From Bacillota bacterium (GTDB lineage: Bacteria > Bacillota > Clostridia > Acetivibrionales > DSM-1351), in assembly GCA_023392075.1 (NCBI GenBank), contig JAEVZU010000183.1, positions 44,805-108,804 on the forward strand: a stretch of 64,000 nucleotides of DNA. The letters run 5' to 3'. How positions within the stretch are numbered: position 1 is the first letter of the stretch; each line of letters opens with the position of its first letter. Under the pieces are notes generated by a model. It was given only the letters and a program-made list of their open reading frames with translations, searched no databases and was not told where the DNA came from. The translations under genes were made by a program, and so were the position numbers. Of the stretch, positions 19,769 through 30,285 are shown in pieces.

Positions 19769-21535
19769 ATGCCTGAATATCTCGGCACAAAGCAGATGGA
19801 ATTGACACCCAGCGTTTTCACAGAAAGATTTGATATTAATAAAGCGTATCTCATGAGCCTGAAAAATGAAAAACTCCTTCAAAACTATTACATGCAGGCA
19901 GGCATTTTTGGCAGAATTATTGAAACCGATAAAAATACCATACCTGATATCCATTGGGGATGGGAGTCTCCGTGCTGTCAGCTGAGAGGCCACTTCCTGG
20001 GCCACTGGCTTTCTGCAGCCGCCAGGGTATACAAGCAGACCGGTGATGAGGAAGTCAGGGGAAAAGCTGTTGGCATAGTAAAACAGCTTGCTGTATGCCA
20101 GCAGGAAAATGGCGGGATATGGGCCGGTTCCATTCCTGAACAATATATGGAATGGGTTGTTAGGAAAAAGAAGGTATGGGCACCTCAATACACGGTTCAT
20201 AAAACATTAATGGGATTAGTGGATATGTACAGGTATGCCGGTGACGAAACTTCACTGAAGATTGCAGACACCTGGGCAGACTGGTTTTTTGATTGGAGCG
20301 GTAACTTCACCAGAGAACAAATGGATGACATTCTTGATGTTGAAACCGGTGCAATGCTTGAGGTATGGGCAGACCTGTATGGAATAACAAAAAATGATAA
20401 ATATCTGGAATTGATCAAACGTTACGACAGACCAAGGCTTTTTGAAAATTTATTGAACGGTATAGAGACTGTAAGCGGGAAACATGCCAATACAACTATT
20501 GTTGAAATACATGGTGCCGCCCGGGTTTATGAGGTAACCGGAATCGAAAGATACAGAAAAATCGTAGAGGCATACTGGAAACAAACGGTGGAGGATCTGG
20601 GATATTTTTGTACGGGAGGCCAGACAACAGCCGAAGTATGGACCCAGCCCAAGGTACAGAGTACCATGCTCAGCGAAACAAACCAGGAGCACTGTGTCGT
20701 ATACAATATGATAAGGCTTGCGGATTTTCTTTACAGATGGACGAAGGAAGTCAAGTATCTGGATTATATTGAGAGAAATATATATAATGGTCTATTTGCA
20801 CAGCAAAACATTGAAACCGGCATGGTTATATACTATCTGCCGCTTCACTGCGGTGCAAAAAAGAAATGGGGTTCACCAACTCATGATTTTTGGTGCTGTC
20901 ATGGAACTCTTTTGCAGGCACACACTCTATATACAGATTTAAGTATATATAAAAATGGAGAAGAACTCGTTTTTGCACAATATATTCCTTCAAAGCTGGT
21001 ATATGACAGAAATGGAACCAGTGTTGAAATAGAGCAGAGCTATTTAAAGGGAAAAGAAACTTGGAAGCTGCCTGACAACAGCAATATACATATCAGCATC
21101 AAGACCGGGCAGCCTGTAAAATTACCGCTGACATTCAGAATACCGTGGTGGGCCGGAGATAATTACAGTGTAAAAGTGGACGGACATAAGCTGAATGATT
21201 TAAAGGTCAAAAACGGTTTTATAACAATTGAACAAACTTGGCATGACAACATAGTTGAGCTTGAATTTATAAAAAAGATATGGGTATGCCCTACCGATGA
21301 TAACCCAAACCTTGTGGCATTTATGTACGGACCGGTTGTCCTTGCAGGTCTTACAGCCGAGGCAAGAACATTATACAAAAAAGGCCGGTCTCCGGAAAGC
21401 CTGCTGATCGGGAGCAATAAAAATGCATGGGAGGATGTTTCATTTTACACGGCAAATCAGGAAGTAAATGTGAAATTTATACCTCTTTATAATGTAAAGG
21501 ATGAGATATATACCACATATTTTTCTATAGAATGA
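19769..21535 (+). CDS. beta-L-arabinofuranosidase, GH146/GH127 (DUF1680) superfamily; no signal peptide
   Basis: GWE..LRGHFLGHWLSA, WAP.YT.HK, HANT, E.C..YNM and FWCC.GT motifs. ATG at 19769 after AGGAGG. Confidence 0.88.
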   Translation: MPEYLGTKQMELTPSVFTERFDINKAYLMSLKNEKLLQNYYMQAGIFGRIIETDKNTIPDIHWGWESPCCQLRGHFLGHWLSAAARVYKQTGDEEVRGKAVGIVKQLAVCQQENGGIWAGSIPEQYMEWVVRKKKVWAPQYTVHKTLMGLVDMYRYAGDETSLKIADTWADWFFDWSGNFTREQMDDILDVETGAMLEVWADLYGITKNDKYLELIKRYDRPRLFENLLNGIETVSGKHANTTIVEIHGAARVYEVTGIERYRKIVEAYWKQTVEDLGYFCTGGQTTAEVWTQPKVQSTMLSETNQEHCVVYNMIRLADFLYRWTKEVKYLDYIERNIYNGLFAQQNIETGMVIYYLPLHCGAKKKWGSPTHDFWCCHGTLLQAHTLYTDLSIYKNGEELVFAQYIPSKLVYDRNGTSVEIEQSYLKGKETWKLPDNSNIHISIKTGQPVKLPLTFRIPWWAGDNYSVKVDGHKLNDLKVKNGFITIEQTWHDNIVELEFIKKIWVCPTDDNPNLVAFMYGPVVLAGLTAEARTLYKKGRSPESLLIGSNKNAWEDVSFYTANQEVNVKFIPLYNVKDEIYTTYFSIE

Positions 21536-21634
21536 TAAAAAAATATACGCCCTGGAGAGCATTTTGACAATATCATTTGTTTTAGTTTTCTTTGCTGCTT
21601 AAAACAGCGGCAATTAAATAAAAATTAAAGGGGG

Positions 21635-22987
21635 ATGACCATGAAAAGGTATTTGGCATTATTACTTGCAACTCTGTGTATGTTTTCTTTTGTTATGACA
21701 GGCTGTGGTTCGGATGAGAAAGCAGATGTATCAACTGCTTCAAGCGCAGGGGCTGCATCTGCGGGCCAATCGCAAGGTGCATCATCGGATGCCGGGGCAG
21801 CTCAGGAACTTAGCGGTAAAATCAGTTTCATGAGCTGGGGCGAGGAAGATGAAAGATTGCTTTATGAGAAAGTACTGGAGAATTTCCAGGCTAAAAACCC
21901 AAAAGTTAAAGTAAACTATATGTTTACCCCAAATGACTATTATACCAAGCTTTCCACCATGGTAGCCGGAAATTCGACACCCGATGTATTCTGGCTGCTT
22001 CAATCCAAAGTACCTGAATATGTTAAATCAGGAGCTTGTGCCGCACTGGATCCATATATTCAGAAATACCCTGAACTGACAGAGGATTTGGTTGACGGAC
22101 TTTTAAAGTATGGACAGGTTGACGGTAAAACATATACTATTCCCAAGGATTGGGCAGCAATAAACATGTATGTGAATGTTGATCTTTTTAAAAAGGCTAA
22201 TATTGAGATACCGACCAGTGATTGGACTATGGAGCAATATATTGATCTGGCAAAGAAACTTACTGTAACCGAAAACGGCAAGATTGTTCAGTATGGAGCT
22301 GAAGCAGACAATTACTGGGCATTCTGGATGACCTTCGCCTCATCATACGGCGGACAGTGGTTCAAGGACGGCAAGTCAAACTTCAGTGATCCATTGGTTT
22401 TAAAAGGTATGAATGTTATGTATGATATCATCAAAAACAAGACGGCACCATCACCTTCGGCGCTGTCGTCAATCGGACAGGGTTCGGATCAATTATTCCT
22501 GACGGGTAAAATTGCAATGTATCCTTCGGGCAGATGGTTTGTTCCAACCTGTAGAAATGATGCTGATTTTGAATGGGCGGCAATTGAAATGCCAAAGGGT
22601 ACGACTCGCATAAATCCAGTTATTTCAGGTACTCTGGCAATGAGTGAAAAAAGTGAGAACAAGGATGCGGCCATTGGCCTTATCAGATATTTCCTAAGCG
22701 AGGAAGGTCTTGGAATAACAATGGCCGGAGGATTGTCAATGCCTCCTTACAAGAGAATGCTCGATAATGACAAGATAGTTACTACTCCTCCTGATGCAGC
22801 ACCGTTTAAGGCAACGGCTTCATACATAGAAACAGAAACTCAATACAATGCGGCTGCAACGGGCTTATACACGAAATTCCAGGATATTATCACTCCTGAA
22901 CTGGACAATGCTTTCAACGGCAGCCAGACAATGGAACAGGCAGCTGCCAATATAGACAAAAAAGCAAATACTGAATTGTTTAAGTAG
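21635..22987 (+). CDS. Carbohydrate ABC transporter substrate-binding lipoprotein
   Basis: Lipobox MTGC; family 1 SBP features (PDVF, YVNVDLFKKA). Confidence 0.93.
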   Translation: MTMKRYLALLLATLCMFSFVMTGCGSDEKADVSTASSAGAASAGQSQGASSDAGAAQELSGKISFMSWGEEDERLLYEKVLENFQAKNPKVKVNYMFTPNDYYTKLSTMVAGNSTPDVFWLLQSKVPEYVKSGACAALDPYIQKYPELTEDLVDGLLKYGQVDGKTYTIPKDWAAINMYVNVDLFKKANIEIPTSDWTMEQYIDLAKKLTVTENGKIVQYGAEADNYWAFWMTFASSYGGQWFKDGKSNFSDPLVLKGMNVMYDIIKNKTAPSPSALSSIGQGSDQLFLTGKIAMYPSGRWFVPTCRNDADFEWAAIEMPKGTTRINPVISGTLAMSEKSENKDAAIGLIRYFLSEEGLGITMAGGLSMPPYKRMLDNDKIVTTPPDAAPFKATASYIETETQYNAAATGLYTKFQDIITPELDNAFNGSQTMEQAAANIDKKANTELFK

Positions 22988-23062
22988 AATAATTTAAATT
23001 TTATAGACAATATAAGAAGGAGACTTTCTCCTTCTTATATTGTTACCTAAAGAGGTGGCAAA

Positions 23063-23953
23063 ATGAAAGCTAGCAAAAAGACAGTTCTGAAACGGAATAT
23101 TGATGGATATGCGTTTGCAGCACCTGCTCTGATCGGACTATTTGTTTTTACCTTATACCCACTTGTTTGTTCCATATTTTACAGTTTTACGGATTGGAAT
23201 ATTTTATCCGATGCCAAATTCATAGGCTTTGACAATTATACAAAACTCATGAACGATGAAGTTTTTCTCATAAGCTTGAAAAATACATTAAAATGGGTTG
23301 TAATATATGTTCCGCTGTCACTGATAATATCTTTCGGTCTTGCGTTAATAGCCGAGCTGCCGATAAAAGGTGTTAATGCATTCAGAGCGATCTTTTATCT
23401 TCCTGTTGTATGCCCGCTTATTGTAATTGCACTGCTGTTTACCTGGCTTTATAATACCGAATTCGGTTTGATAAATTACGGACTATCCTTGCTGGGAATA
23501 GGGCCTGTGGGTTGGCTTACCAATCCTAATCTGGCTATTTTCAGTATTGCATTAATGAGTGTGTGGAAAATGGCAGGCTACAATATGGTTGTTTTATTAG
23601 CCGGACTGCAGGCCGTACCCAGATCGGTTTATGAGGCGTCGGAGCTGGATGGTATAAAATCATACCAGAAGATCTGGTTTATAAAGCTCCCATTAATAAT
23701 GCCTGCCGTTTACTTTGTGGTGGTATATGCAATAATAAATGCGTTCCAGGTATTTACCGAAATTTTTACAATGACAAGAGGGGGACCGGGAAATTCCACA
23801 AATACGCTGGTTTATTATTTGTATACAAAGGCATTTACCCATAATGAAATGGGATATGCAAGCGCAATAGCAATAATCATGGCTATTATTATAATGATTG
23901 TAACAGTGCTGCAGAAGTATGTTTTAGGCAGTAAGGTTCAGTATGAAACCTAA
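23063..23953 (+). CDS. Carbohydrate ABC transporter permease
   Basis: Six TM segments and EAA-like loop YEASELDG. Confidence 0.93.
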   Translation: MKASKKTVLKRNIDGYAFAAPALIGLFVFTLYPLVCSIFYSFTDWNILSDAKFIGFDNYTKLMNDEVFLISLKNTLKWVVIYVPLSLIISFGLALIAELPIKGVNAFRAIFYLPVVCPLIVIALLFTWLYNTEFGLINYGLSLLGIGPVGWLTNPNLAIFSIALMSVWKMAGYNMVVLLAGLQAVPRSVYEASELDGIKSYQKIWFIKLPLIMPAVYFVVVYAIINAFQVFTEIFTMTRGGPGNSTNTLVYYLYTKAFTHNEMGYASAIAIIMAIIIMIVTVLQKYVLGSKVQYET

Positions 23954-23985
23954 TTAACTATCTGTAGCGGGGAGGGTGGCTTTTT

Positions 23986-24846
23986 GTGGATAATGCGTTA
24001 AATGCAAGGAGTAGAAATAAAAAGAAGACAATAGTGGTAATAGCATATTTTGTGCTTATTTTGTTTGTTTTATTGGATCTGATTCCTTTAATCTGGATGA
24101 TTTTGTGTTCGTTCAAATCAAGAACCGAGATAATGACATTCCCGCCTGCAATTTTCCCCTCCGAATGGAGGTTTGATAACTATGTCAAGGCATGGAATGC
24201 ATATGGTCTTAGTTTCACACGTATGTTCATAAATACATTTACAATAGTAATACCCGGAACATTTTTTACCGTATTGAGTGCAACTCTTGCCGCATACTCA
24301 TTTGCACGTATAAAATTCTGGGGCAGAGATTTTTTGTTCGCTTTATTCCTTTTATCTTTGATGATACCCGACTCGGTTGTTTTGATACCGAGATTTATAT
24401 TCTTCAAAAATCTGGGTTTTCAGGATTCACTCTGGCCTATTATAATTCCAATGTTATTCGGATACGGACTGCCGGTATTCCTGGGAAGACAGTTTTTTAT
24501 GACCATACCCCAGGATCTGGAGGATTCGGCTACTATTGACGGCTGCGGAAGGTTAAGAGCGTGGGCAAATATTTTTGTTCCATTGTCAAAGCCTATTATA
24601 GCAACAATTACGGTCTTTACGTTCCAGAGCTATTATAATGACTTTTTATATCCATTGGTATATATAAATTCAACAAGCAAGTTTACTATCCAGTTGGGTC
24701 TGAGTGCCTTCAGAGGAGAACACACTACCAGATTCGATCTGCTTATGGCGGCTTCAGTGTTCTGCCTGATTCCGATTCTTATAATTTATATGTTTGCACA
24801 GAGATATTTTGTAGAAGGAATTGTAACTACCGGATTAAAGGGGTAA
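23986..24846 (+). CDS. Carbohydrate ABC transporter permease
   Basis: EAA-like loop LEDSATIDG; C-terminal QRYFVEGIVTTGLKG. Confidence 0.93.
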   Translation: MDNALNARSRNKKKTIVVIAYFVLILFVLLDLIPLIWMILCSFKSRTEIMTFPPAIFPSEWRFDNYVKAWNAYGLSFTRMFINTFTIVIPGTFFTVLSATLAAYSFARIKFWGRDFLFALFLLSLMIPDSVVLIPRFIFFKNLGFQDSLWPIIIPMLFGYGLPVFLGRQFFMTIPQDLEDSATIDGCGRLRAWANIFVPLSKPIIATITVFTFQSYYNDFLYPLVYINSTSKFTIQLGLSAFRGEHTTRFDLLMAASVFCLIPILIIYMFAQRYFVEGIVTTGLKG

Positions 24847-24882
24847 ACATTTAAGAGAGGATTTAAAATTTAATGCTTTTAT

Positions 24883-24913
24883 GCCGCATATTCAGTATGA
24901 TGTGCGGTTTTTT
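24883..24913 (+). terminator. Intrinsic terminator of the sugar ABC operon
   Basis: GCCGCATAT...ATGTGCGG followed by a T run. Confidence 0.75.
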
Positions 24914-25058
24914 ATTGTCCTGAAAACCAATCATTTGTCTTTCACCGTCCACCCATTACTCTTTCGTTATATTTGCTAATGGAAAAACCTTTTGCACTGA
25001 GCTATAATTATATCATTAGCGACTTGCTTGATTTCATTCTAAAAAAGGAGAAGTATGG

Positions 25059-25523
25059 ATGCCGGTAGAGATAGAGCGGAAATTTCTGGTTAAAAACGAT
25101 GATTACAAAATACATGCAGCTCGGGTATTTTTCAAACAGGGTTATTTATCTGTGGAGAGCGGCAGAACGGTGCGGATAAGAACTTATGACAATAAAGGTT
25201 TTATAACCATAAAAGGAAAGGCACATTCCTTTACAAGGGATGAATTTGAATATGAAATCCCGGCGGACGAAGCAGATGTGCTTCTTGACAACCTTTGTAT
25301 AAGGCCGTTGATCGAAAAGATACGCCATTTTATAATATATGGAGGGAATGAGTGGGTTATTGACGAATTCCTCGGAGTAAATAAAGGGCTGGTTGTAGCG
25401 GAGATAGAATTGGAATCCGAGGAGCAGCTTTTTGAAAAACCTGATTGGCTGGGTGAAGAGGTTACTTTTGACAGGCGATACGGAAACTCTCATCTGGTGA
25501 GAAAGCCCTACAGTGAGTGGTAA
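25059..25523 (+). CDS. CYTH-domain protein
   Basis: EIERKFLV motif, RIR, EFEY, AEIEL. Confidence 0.93.
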   Translation: MPVEIERKFLVKNDDYKIHAARVFFKQGYLSVESGRTVRIRTYDNKGFITIKGKAHSFTRDEFEYEIPADEADVLLDNLCIRPLIEKIRHFIIYGGNEWVIDEFLGVNKGLVVAEIELESEEQLFEKPDWLGEEVTFDRRYGNSHLVRKPYSEW

Positions 25524-25629
25524 CCTGATAATAACCAATCATAGAACAAGGGCTTAAGCGGCATAGAATAAGCGGAATATAAACTGAAATGCCTTGAAGC
25601 TTCAGGAGGAAGGAGGTGACGGCGGCAAT

Positions 25630-25881
25630 ATGGAGTGTCGGGAAGGGTGCGGGGCTTGCTGTATATCACCGTCTATTTCATCTTCCATTCCGGGGATGCC
25701 TCACGGGAAACCTGCCGGTGTAAAATGTATACAGCTTGACCATAATTATAGGTGCAAGCTGTTTGGAAAACCTGAAAGACCTGCTGTTTGCTCCAGCTTG
25801 AGACCTTCGGTGGAAATGTGCGGAGACTCACGCCAGGAAGCCGCAGGGTACCTGGATTTACTTGAAAGACAAACAAAATAA
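25630..25881 (+). CDS. YkgJ-family cysteine-cluster protein
   Basis: [29 protein letters not shown] at 25630. Confidence 0.85.
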   Translation: MECREGCGACCISPSISSSIPGMPHGKPAGVKCIQLDHNYRCKLFGKPERPAVCSSLRPSVEMCGDSRQEAAGYLDLLERQTK

Positions 25882-25978
25882 AACCGGAAGGCAATGAAAT
25901 TAGTAAATCAACAGTTGTATTTGCCGGTGCCCGGTGAAGAGGATAGAAATAAATGAGAAATGGAGCGGAGAAGAAACT

Positions 25979-26557
25979 ATGAGAAAAATTTTAGTGTTTA
26001 TGTATAATGATATGGCTGATTTTGAAGTCACATATGCAACCCACCTGTTAGGACATGAACTCTCAAAGGAGATAGTCCCGTGCGCTTACGATATGGAACC
26101 GGTGAAAAGCAAGGGCGGCATGGTATTTTTACCTTTGGTTACAGTGGCTGAGGCAAAGACGGAAGAATATGAAGGCTTTATTATACCGGGAGGCTGGAAT
26201 CCTGTGGTCCGGGAGGAGATGCTTGCATTGATCAGAGAATTTTACGGCAGCGGAAAACTTTTAGCTGCAATCTGCGCAGGTCCGCGTTTTCTGGCAAAGG
26301 CAGGTATACTTGATAAAGTCAAATATACTACGTCAATAGTGGAATGGAATGAAATGAGAAGGGCGCAGTTCAAGGAAGAAGACCCCTTCCCCAGAGAAAA
26401 TTTTGTTAATGCAAGAGTAGTCCGGGACGGCAGCGTAATTACCTCCAAGGGTATCTCCTTCGTGGATTTTGCCATCGAAGTTGCCGATTATTTCGGTCAG
26501 TTTAAAGATGAGGCGGATAAACAGGCCTTCTTTAATACAATAACCGGTCGTGAGTGA
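25979..26557 (+). CDS. DJ-1/PfpI family protein
   Basis: ADFE, IIPGG and AAICAGP nucleophile elbow; ATG at 25979. Confidence 0.9.
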   Translation: MRKILVFMYNDMADFEVTYATHLLGHELSKEIVPCAYDMEPVKSKGGMVFLPLVTVAEAKTEEYEGFIIPGGWNPVVREEMLALIREFYGSGKLLAAICAGPRFLAKAGILDKVKYTTSIVEWNEMRRAQFKEEDPFPRENFVNARVVRDGSVITSKGISFVDFAIEVADYFGQFKDEADKQAFFNTITGRE

Positions 26558-26604
26558 TTACTGCGGTATATTGTTAATACATTTTATGAAAATAGGAGTT
26601 TTAT

Positions 26605-27339
26605 ATGGGGAAAACCGTTTTGGTCACAGGTGCATCCAGGGGGATTGGGCAGGATATTGCCCGGCTTTTTGCTGCCCGGGGCTATAATGTCGCTATAAAT
26701 TACAACACAAGCAGCCAGGCGGCGGATTGTCTGCTGGGGGAGCTGCAAAAAGCCGATTGCAAAGCAATTACGGTACAGGCAGATGTATCGCAAAAGGAAC
26801 AGGTGGAAAGAATGCTAAACCACATAAATAAATGTTTCGGCGACATAGATATATTAATCAACAATGCAGGTATAGCAAGACAGGAGCTGTTTACCGACAT
26901 ATCACCTGATGAGTGGGACAGAATGTTTGAGATCAATGTTAAAGGTATGTTTTTGTGTGCACGTGGTGTACTACCTGCAATGATAAGGAAGCAGCGGGGA
27001 AAAATAATCAATATTTCATCAATATGGGGTATCACCGGTGCATCCTGTGAGGTGCTTTATTCATCAACAAAAGCTGCTGTCATCGGGATGACAAAAGCTC
27101 TTGCAAAGGAATTAGGTCCGTCAAACGTTCAGGTCAACTGTGTAGCACCGGGAGTAATAGCTACAGATATGAATTCCGGACTGGACCAGGCTGCCATTGA
27201 AGACTTGAAGGAACAGACTCCTTTAGGGGTCATAGGAAAAGGAATTGATATTGCGGAGACTGTATATTTTCTTGCGTCAGACAAGTCTGATTTTATAACA
27301 GGTCAGGTAATAAGCCCGAATGGGGGGTTCCTTATTTAA
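26605..27339 (+). CDS. Short-chain dehydrogenase/reductase (FabG/YmfI-like)
   Basis: TGASRGIG, NNAG, YSSTK. Confidence 0.92.
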   Translation: MGKTVLVTGASRGIGQDIARLFAARGYNVAINYNTSSQAADCLLGELQKADCKAITVQADVSQKEQVERMLNHINKCFGDIDILINNAGIARQELFTDISPDEWDRMFEINVKGMFLCARGVLPAMIRKQRGKIINISSIWGITGASCEVLYSSTKAAVIGMTKALAKELGPSNVQVNCVAPGVIATDMNSGLDQAAIEDLKEQTPLGVIGKGIDIAETVYFLASDKSDFITGQVISPNGGFLI

Positions 27340-27491
27340 TTTAACTAAAATTTCAGAGGAGTTTAGTTTACTTATAAGCTTGTATTTTTAGGACAATAAG
27401 GTATACTAAGCTAGTATGTTTTAATTGAATGTATTCTGATTTATGTATGGCTTTTTGCTGTATTTACATAATTTCCGGGAGGAAAGGTATT

Positions 27492-28268
27492 ATGGATAAT
27501 TCTTCAGGGGTAAAACGGTTTTTTGAATATCTTCCTGTCTGTATCAAGTTTCATAAACTGAAAAATGAGGGGCTAGCCCGATTGATCTTTGTGCTTGTAC
27601 TTTTTTGCCAGATGGCTGGGAGTTATATTCAACATAAAATATTAAATCAGATCTCTTCGGAGGATTTTGATTTACTTATATCTGCATTGACAACGGTAAC
27701 CACTGCACAACAGGGAAATGCCGCCGAAAAAGTGATTTCACCTGCTCTTTTGGTATTAGGGGTTACACTGGTCATAAAATTGATAACTAATCTGTTCTTA
27801 TCTGTATATATGTATTCGTACATTTCAGAGCTGAGGGGAAAGACAACAGGTATTTTGTCCGGGTTTAAGGGAGCTTTCAAGCATTTGGGCAGACTCATAA
27901 TCTACAATATACTTTTTGGTTTATTAGTTATGATGGGTCTGATGTTCTTTATTATACCAGGAATAATAGCATATATTGTGTTCATATTTGGTTTCTGCTA
28001 TATTTTGGATTTAAAATTAAATGTAGCTGATGCATTTACAGCCAGCAGTGATATAACCAGGAACAAAAAAGTTCAAATAGCCAGTGTATTTATTGGATTT
28101 TATCTGGTGTTTGAATTACCGATTGCTTTAGTGATATCAGGCAGTACACTTGGATCAGCTTATCTGGCATCTTTTTTCAGTACTATTGCAGGTTTGATTC
28201 TTCAGAGACTCATAGCCCAGTTATACATGGATCTGGAGTATAAAAGTGAACGTTCTGCCAAGTCATAA
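27492..28268 (+). CDS. Integral membrane protein of unknown function
   Basis: Several hydrophobic segments; likely ATG at 27492. Confidence 0.7.
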   Translation: MDNSSGVKRFFEYLPVCIKFHKLKNEGLARLIFVLVLFCQMAGSYIQHKILNQISSEDFDLLISALTTVTTAQQGNAAEKVISPALLVLGVTLVIKLITNLFLSVYMYSYISELRGKTTGILSGFKGAFKHLGRLIIYNILFGLLVMMGLMFFIIPGIIAYIVFIFGFCYILDLKLNVADAFTASSDITRNKKVQIASVFIGFYLVFELPIALVISGSTLGSAYLASFFSTIAGLILQRLIAQLYMDLEYKSERSAKS

Positions 28269-28332
28269 TTATTTCATATAAAATTTTCGTCGTATAATTT
28301 GTCGCAGCATATTTATAGTGGGGGCTACATAC

Positions 28333-29649
28333 ATGGGCATAAGGTATTTTTTTGACAAACTTGGTCTTAGCAATAGGACTATAACTGACGATAACCTGGA
28401 ACTCAGCAGACGGAGATTCGTGCTTGAGGGCTGTCTTGCAAATGCTATTTTTACATTGACCAGCGGCGCTTTTTTAGTGGGCTATGCCAGTTATCTGGGA
28501 GCTAATGCGCAGTTTAACGGAATAATAGTGGCCCTTCCGCTGTTGGCTAATATAATACAGATGTTCAGTCCTCTCGTGTTTGAGAAACTGTCAAGAAGAA
28601 GACCTCTCATTGTGGCCTTATGCCTTTTTTACAGGACACTTTTATGCCTGATGATGTTCATCCCTTTTGTAACCGACAGTAAGCCTGCAAGGCTGCTGAT
28701 TTTAGGCGGCATGTATTTTCTGGCTTATTGTGCGGCAGGATTTTTGACGCCTGCCGCCGCCAGCTGGATAATCAGCCTTGTGCCTGAAAAGCTGCGTGGA
28801 AGATATTTTGGTTTGAGGGATATGTGCATACTTGCCTCCGCAGCGGTACTGTCCCTGGTGATGGGCAGGATTTTGGACTTGTTCAAATCACAGCATCAGG
28901 ATTATCTGGGATTTATGGTGGTATTTTCGGTTGCGTTGGTTATTACGCTGTTTAATGTTTTAACCTTGAAAAGGATCAGGGAACCTGAGGTTAAACCGTA
29001 TGCTCAAATTCTGGACATAAAAGGCCTTATTTCCATTCCTCTGAGGGACAAGCAGTTTCGAAAGGTGGTGCTGCTCAACATTCTATGGAATCTGAGCGTG
29101 CAGTTCTCACTGCCGTTTTTTTCGGTATACATGGTTAATGGCCTGAAACTTTCATATACGTATATAATGATTATTGGAATAATATTATCCTGTGTTCAGT
29201 CCTATTCTGCAAGAATATGGGGGCGCATATCGGAAAAGAAAAGCTGGGAATTTACTACAGTTGCTTCAATGGCAGTATTGGGCATAGTTCATGTTACCTG
29301 GAGTTTTATAAACCATAATACTTATTTTGTTATAATTCCTTTTGTTCAGGTGCTGGCTGGTATTGGCTGGGCAGGGGTTAATCTGTCCCTGTTTAATATT
29401 CAGTTTAAATATGCGCCCCAGGAGGGAAGGACGGTATTTGTAGGTTTTAATGCTGCTTTAGCGGGAGCTGCCGGGTTTTTCAGTGCCCTGATGGGCTCGG
29501 TTGTAGTGGGTGCTTTAAGCAATACAAAGATAGATATTAAGATAACAGTTTTGGATAATATGTTAATAGTCTTTGGAATATCAGGATTAATGATTCTTTG
29601 CTGTGCTGCATATTTCTCCTGGTGCTTCAAAGATAAAAAGATGGAGTGA
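28333..29649 (+). CDS. MFS transporter
   Basis: About 12 TM segments; VPEKLRGRYFG loop. Confidence 0.88.
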   Translation: MGIRYFFDKLGLSNRTITDDNLELSRRRFVLEGCLANAIFTLTSGAFLVGYASYLGANAQFNGIIVALPLLANIIQMFSPLVFEKLSRRRPLIVALCLFYRTLLCLMMFIPFVTDSKPARLLILGGMYFLAYCAAGFLTPAAASWIISLVPEKLRGRYFGLRDMCILASAAVLSLVMGRILDLFKSQHQDYLGFMVVFSVALVITLFNVLTLKRIREPEVKPYAQILDIKGLISIPLRDKQFRKVVLLNILWNLSVQFSLPFFSVYMVNGLKLSYTYIMIIGIILSCVQSYSARIWGRISEKKSWEFTTVASMAVLGIVHVTWSFINHNTYFVIIPFVQVLAGIGWAGVNLSLFNIQFKYAPQEGRTVFVGFNAALAGAAGFFSALMGSVVVGALSNTKIDIKITVLDNMLIVFGISGLMILCCAAYFSWCFKDKKME

Positions 29650-29872
29650 TATCTTGACAAAGACATTAACTCCATATATTATAGTTGTTGTACCAAATGA
29701 ATGTAAGAGCAAAAGACAGTTTATTAGTAAATATTACTTATTTAAAAAGCTGTAATATGCATATGTAATGCAAATTGAAAATGGGCAATTAACCCAGCTG
29801 GTAGACTAGCTATTGTTATATATACACGGATATAAGACGTGTAAGATTTAAAGCTTAAATACATTTTTAAAT

Positions 29873-29949
29873 GACGGATTAGCTCAGTTGGCTAGAGTAC
29901 TACCTTGACATGGTAGGGGTCACTGGTTCGAGCCCAGTATTCGTCACCA
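29873..29949 (+). tRNA. tRNA-Val(GAC)
   Basis: Cloverleaf: acceptor GACGGAT/ATTCGTC, D arm AGCTCAGTTGG, anticodon arm CTACC-TTGACAT-GGTAG, GGTTCGAGCC, encoded CCA. Confidence 0.97.
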
Positions 29950-30110
29950 AATTAAAACTGCGTAACAGGCAGTTTTTTCTTTTATATGGACGTAATTATT
30001 ATAGTGCCATTTTAATTTTGCTATTTTTCAAATCATGGAGCATATCAAAACATCCTGCTATAATTTATCAAATATGGCTTGGCGGTATTTGACTGCAATT
30101 CAGTCCGGGA

Positions 30111-30158
30111 GGCTTCAGTCTCAAATCCAAGCTATCGGCTTTCAGCCGATAGTAATTG
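30111..30158 (+). repeat. Partial copy of intergenic repeat family C
   Basis: GGCTTCAG..CTATCGGCTTTCAGCCGATAGTAATTG, shared with 43073-43227 and 55525-55656. Confidence 0.8.
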
Positions 30159-30285
30159 TTTCATGAAAATTTAAATTACTGTAACAAAATCTATTATTAA
30201 TCCATAACTTATTACTAAATAAATATGCTTTGTGCTCTTAAAACCCGCTTGAACGCAAATAAGAAAGTATGGGAGGAAATTTGTT

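Noticed and set aside
29910..30092. 60-aa ORF
   Set aside because: Starts inside tRNA-Val; no RBS or recognisable protein
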